Shown here: positions 58,603-64,000 of the stretch, piece by piece
Numbering within the stretch: position 1 is the stretch's first letter
Layout: each line of letters begins with the position of its first letter
DNA from: the human T2T-CHM13v2.0 reference genome, Homo sapiens
DNA length: 64,000 nucleotides
Assembly (NCBI RefSeq): GCF_009914755.1
Contig: NC_060931.1
Reading direction: 5' to 3' (one strand)
Translations under genes and position numbers: made by a program
Notes under the pieces: generated by a model
The model's database searches: none
The model's input: the letters and a program-made list of their open reading frames with translations, nothing else
Told to the model about the DNA's origin: nothing

Positions 58603-61600
58603 TAACTTTTAAAATATCACTGTTCATTGACAATACAATACACCTAAAAGCTCTGATGAACATGTATAAGGAAATTAATGTTATGTTCATGCCTGCTAAA
58701 ACATCTATTCAGCAGCCCATGGATTAAAGAGTAGTTTGAATTTTGAGGCCTTATTATGTAAGAAATACATTTTGTAAGGCTATAGCTTCCATAGATAGGG
58801 ATTCCTCTGATGGATCTGGGCAAAGTAAATTGAAAACCTTCTGGAAAGGGTTTTATATTCTAGATACCATTAAGAACACTTGTGATTCATGGGAGGAAGT
58901 CAAAATATGAAAAAAAGTGGACTTTGGAAGAAGTTAATTGCAACCCTCATGGATGACTTGGAGGGGCTCAAGACTTCAGTGGTGGATGTCACAGCAGATG
59001 TGGGAGAAACAGCAAGAGAACTAGAATTATGAGTGGAGTCTGAAGTTTTGACTGAATTGGTGCAATCTCATGAAAAACTTTAACAAATGAGGAATTGTTT
59101 CTTATTGTTGAGCAAAGAAAGTGGTTCCTAGAGGTGGAATCTACCCCTGGTGAGGACACAGTAATTGTTATTGACATGACAACCAATGATTTAGAATATT
59201 ACATAAACATAGTTGATAGAGCAGCAGCAGGGTTTGAGAGAATTAACTCCAACTGTAAAAGAAGTTCTACTGTGGATAAAAATGCTATCAAATAGGATCT
59301 CACGCTACAGAGAAATCTTAAGTGAAAGGAAGAGTCAATCAATGCAGCAAACTTTCTTAAGACATTGTGACAGCCACCCCAACTTTCAGCACCCACCACC
59401 GTCATTAGTTAGTAGCCATCAACATCAAGGCAAGACCCTCCACCAGCAAAAAAGATTATAACTTGCTGAAGATACAGATGATTGTTAGCTTTTATAGCAA
59501 TAATGTACTTTTAAATTAAGTTATGTACATTGTGTCTTTAGAAATAATGCTATTGCACACTTTATATAATACAGTGTATTGTAAACATAGCTTTTATGTG
59601 CACTGGGAAAAAATATTTGCTTAACTCACTTTATTGCAATATTTCCTTTATTGCAATGGTTTGGAACAAGCCCACAATATCTCTGAGGTATGCCTGTACA
59701 GCCATTATGAAAAACAGTATGGTCATTCCTCAAAATATTAAAAATGGAACCACTATATGATCCAGCAATCTCACTACTGGGTCTATATCCAAAGGAAATG
59801 AAATTGGTATGCCAAAGAGGTACCTGCACTGCCACATTCATTGCAGCATTATTCACAAAAGTCAACATAAGGAAGTGTCCATCAAAAAGTGAATGGACAA
59901 AAAAATGTGATATGTGTACACAGTGGAACACTATTCAGCCTTTAAAAAGATGGAAATTCTGTCATTTGTGACAACATGGACAAACTTAGGGGATATTGTA
60001 TTAAATGAAATAAGCTAGACATGGAAAAACAAACACGATATGAGCTCACTTATAAGTGTAATCTAAAAACGTTGAACTCCTAGAGGTGGAAAATAGAATT
60101 GTGGCACTTAGGGATGGGAGTAGTAGTGGGAACAGGGAGTTGGGGAGATGGCCAGAGGATACAAAATTTTCATTAGGCAGGAGGAATAAGTTCAAGAAAT
60201 ATGTTGTAGAACATGGTGACTATAGTTAATAACAATGTACTGTGTTTTTGAAAATTGCTTAGAGTAGATTTTAATTGTTCTCCCCATAAAAAATAAGTAT
60301 TTTAGGTAATGCATATGTTTATTAGCTCAATTTAGCCATTCCACAATGTATAGGAATTTCAAAACATGTTATACCTGAAAAATATATAGTTTTATTTGTC
60401 AATCAAAACATACACAAATAATTTTCTTAAAATGTCATTGAATTGCTTACCAGGAATCTTATTAGCCAGATTAATCATCTAATGTCATTAGCCATTAGAA
60501 TTCAATCTTGTATGACTGATTATTAGTATTAAACAGTTTGCATTATTGGCTGTTAGTTGTCCGTTGATTTCATTTGCCATTTTCTACTGTTGTTTTTTTA
60601 CCTGTTATAGGTGCTCATGATATATTATGAAAATTAATTTGCTTTTGTTATATATGTTATATGTATTACATATATGCTACAAATATTTTATCTCAATCCT
60701 TTTCTTATATCAAAAATATTTTTGTTTTATTCTTATGAAAATATTTAATAGTTATATAGTTATATCTGAGAAAGCTCTCTTGGTAACATATTTGGAAAAC
60801 ATTCTTCTACATTTTCTTGAAAGGCCTGTAGATATATAATCTACCTGGAATTTATTATATGGAATGAAGTAGGAATGTGACATAATATTTTCCTCATATA
60901 TAATTGATTGCTTAATAATTTTATTTAAATACTCCCATTTGTAGCATTTGTGTCTAGATATTTTGTTTCATTTGCTTGTTAATTTCTCTATGAGCTCTAA
61001 ATTATTCAAAATACTGTTGTCTTATTATATATTTTGGTCCCTGTCAGGTCAAGATATTATAGGTCTGTCTTTCAAAATGTTCATTTTTTATATCATGTAA
61101 ACTATAAATCATCTTCAAATTATATTTAAATATTATCTTAGTATATTGATAAGAATTACATAAAATTTATAGATGAGTTTGAGTCCTTAGTCCAGAAACA
61201 TGGGACATGTCTGCATTTGTCCCAATACTATTTTATTTGTCACTAAATTGTGTTTTTTAGCATTGTCCCATCAGTGTTTAAATAATTTCTTATTTTCTAG
61301 AACAAGATCTTCCAACTCACTTTCCTGTTTTCGTGCCTCAGATCTACAATCAGACATTTCACTAAGGATCTTGATCTTTTTTTAAGGGGTAATGCCATTT
61401 AGAAACCAATATCTGAGCACTAGTGGCTCTCAGTGAACGTACTGTGGCTCTCCTGGTAGAGGGGAGGAAAGCTACATGGTAGAGGCATATGTGATCCAGA
61501 CTACAGGTTCTTGATTAAGCCCTCTTCTCTCTAAGATTAAACCAGTATTTATTAATTTAATCCTTTTTAAAATGCAATTTTGCTATCATTTTAATTTTTT

Positions 61601-62262
61601 AATTAGCTCAGTTTTGCATTTTTCCATTTGTTTATGCATTTCAGCCAAAACTTTTTCCAAAATTTCTAGAAGACTACATTCTTATCATATATTTGGGATA
61701 ATTACATACTAAACATATGTTTGTATCAACGCTAGTTAATATTTGCTGAATGCTAACAATTTGAAAGTGGAATATTAATTTTTTAAGCAAAGATTTTATT
61801 TCCTTTTAGACCTAAGAACATTTATCAATAAGGGCACTCACTTATCCCTTACCTTTGATGTACTCACACATCACAGATTTTGGCGTTTCTTTTGATGTCC
61901 TTAAATTCTTGTTTTGTCTAATTTCAAATATGTAACTGACTTGCTACACTTTTAAGGTTTCTTGGACATTCACTCCTCACAACCTTCCATATAATACGGT
62001 TGCTTTACTGTGATGTAATATTTTCACCTGATTATTTTAAGATTCACAGAACTTTAAAAGTGTTGTTACTAGTGCACGGATGTAATAACTTCTGCTCTTT
62101 GAACTTAGTATTTGAAAAACCCTGTAAAAGAATTTATGGAAGCCACATTTTAGGCTTGTAACTAGATTAAAATACTCAACCTCTTGGCAAAAATGGTAGT
62201 GAAGGTTTTTTCAGTATTCAGGTTTTATGACTAAACTAAAAAGCTTAAGAAAGGAACAAAGG

Positions 62263-62661
<399 letters not shown>

Positions 62662-62719
62662 TTATGGTCCCATCCCCTGCCCCAAAATATAAACCAGTAC
62701 TGAACTATAGATGTAAGAA

Positions 62720-63160
62720 AGGAAAATTCAAAGGAAAAAGCCTATGAATTAAAATACACTTTAGAATCATACCACCCAATTACAGTTATGGCCCCTATTT
62801 GGATCCCATTTCAAACAACCAAACTGTAAACCAAAACAAACAAACACAAATATGTTAGACAACTGGGAAACTATATCGCTGATTAAATAGTTGATGATAT
62901 TAAGGGACTGTTGGTAATTTTTAAAGCGTAACAATGGTATTACGAATAATTTTTTGAGTTAAAAATATTTATAAGTATTTTCTGAAATATTTATGGGTGA
63001 AATTATATAATGTCTGGTACTGACTTTAACGTAATGGAAGATAGAGATAAACATTAGTCATTAATGTTAACTGTTGAAGCTGACAGATCAGCGACTAGGG
63101 GCTTCACTACACCATTCTCTATAATTTTGTATATGTTTGAAATTTGCTATAAGTTTGGAA
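62720..63160 (+). mobile_element. L1MC4/5-like 3' end
   Basis: tttggatcccatttcaaacaaccaaactgtaaa; gatgatattaagggactgttg; ctgaaatatttatgggtgaaa. Confidence 0.65.
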
Positions 63161-63453
63161 TTTAATTAGGGCCTGTATGTTGAGGTGGTGGTGGGAATAG
63201 AAAGAAGTGAAAACCATTGAGTGGGATCTGAAAGTTTTAATGGACAAGTCTCAGTAATCATTTGTGGTTAGATGTGTCAGGAGTGAGGGGAGACAACTTC
63301 TGCATGATCTAAATGTATCACTCAGCTTGGAACTCAGCACTAGATCCAAGAAAAATGTCATGAATGTATTCAGGGTATTGAATTTGCTTGGAAGTTGGAA
63401 TAGGAAAATAATGATAAGTGAGTTAAGGGAACTGTAAAGAAAATGGATGAAAT

Positions 63454-63742
63454 GGTCAGGCACTGTGGCTTATGCCAGTAATGCCAGAACTTCGGGAGGT
63501 CCAGGCAGGTGGATCAATTGAGCTCAGGAGTTCAAGACCAGCCTGGGCAACATGGCGAAACCCTGTCTCTACAAAAAATACAAAAAAATTAACCAAGTGT
63601 GGTGGTGCATGCCTGTAGTACTAGCTACTCCAAAGGCTGAGGTAGGTGGATTACTTGAGCCTCGGAGGTCGAGGCTGCAATGAGCAGTGATTGCACCCTG
63701 CACCCCAGATGCTATTAAAAAAAAAGAAAGAAAAGAAAAAGG
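63454..63742 (+). mobile_element. AluJ, last ~30 nt of body missing
   Basis: cctgggcaacatggcgaaacc, ttgagcctcggaggtcgaggctgc (J-type); 18-bp TSD aaagaaaat(gg/ca)atgaaat. Confidence 0.9.
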
Positions 63743-64000
63743 AAAGAAAATCAATGAAATGATGGATCATGACTGAAACAGAAGGAAAGAAGGAAGGAAG
63801 GAAGAGCCATGAGTGGGCTGAGACATAAGGCAGAAAAAACGAGTGCTCTAGGCTATTGTTTTGACACTAACAGGCTGTCTAAGATTGAGCAAATTACTTT
63901 GTGTATGCTTTATTTACTTTCCATAACCAAAAATTAAGAGTGGACTTAATATATGGTCATTTGTAGGTCACAATGATGTTTTCCTTCACCTGCATGTCTT

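Overview
AT-rich, repeat-dense great-ape/human nuclear DNA (AluY/S/J, L1PA2-PA13, LTR12, Tigger, MaLR, L2, MIR); most of the window is transposon-derived, with many nested insertions. I can support no intact protein-coding gene, RNA gene, CpG island or CRISPR-type array. Nearly all listed ORFs are Alu/L1/Tigger1 translations or chance AT-rich frames. I found no convincing new biological system. The most notable items are: (1) all four L1PA insertions are 5'-inverted (twin-primed) and have TSDs; one has a ~2 kb gap, one a probable 20-nt 3' transduction, and one inversion creates a 432-aa chimeric ORF carrying the RT FADD motif; (2) an unexplained ~135-bp hairpin at 29.6 kb; (3) a repeat-poor stretch at 35.8-37.1 kb with three + strand AAG|GT donors and candidate micro-exons; (4) a possible retroposed mRNA 3' end at 1.4-1.76 kb; (5) a solo LTR12 with a 66-bp higher-order CCAAT array. 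Repeat family names come from recalled consensus sequences, not from a RepeatMasker run. Boundaries of old elements are approximate.
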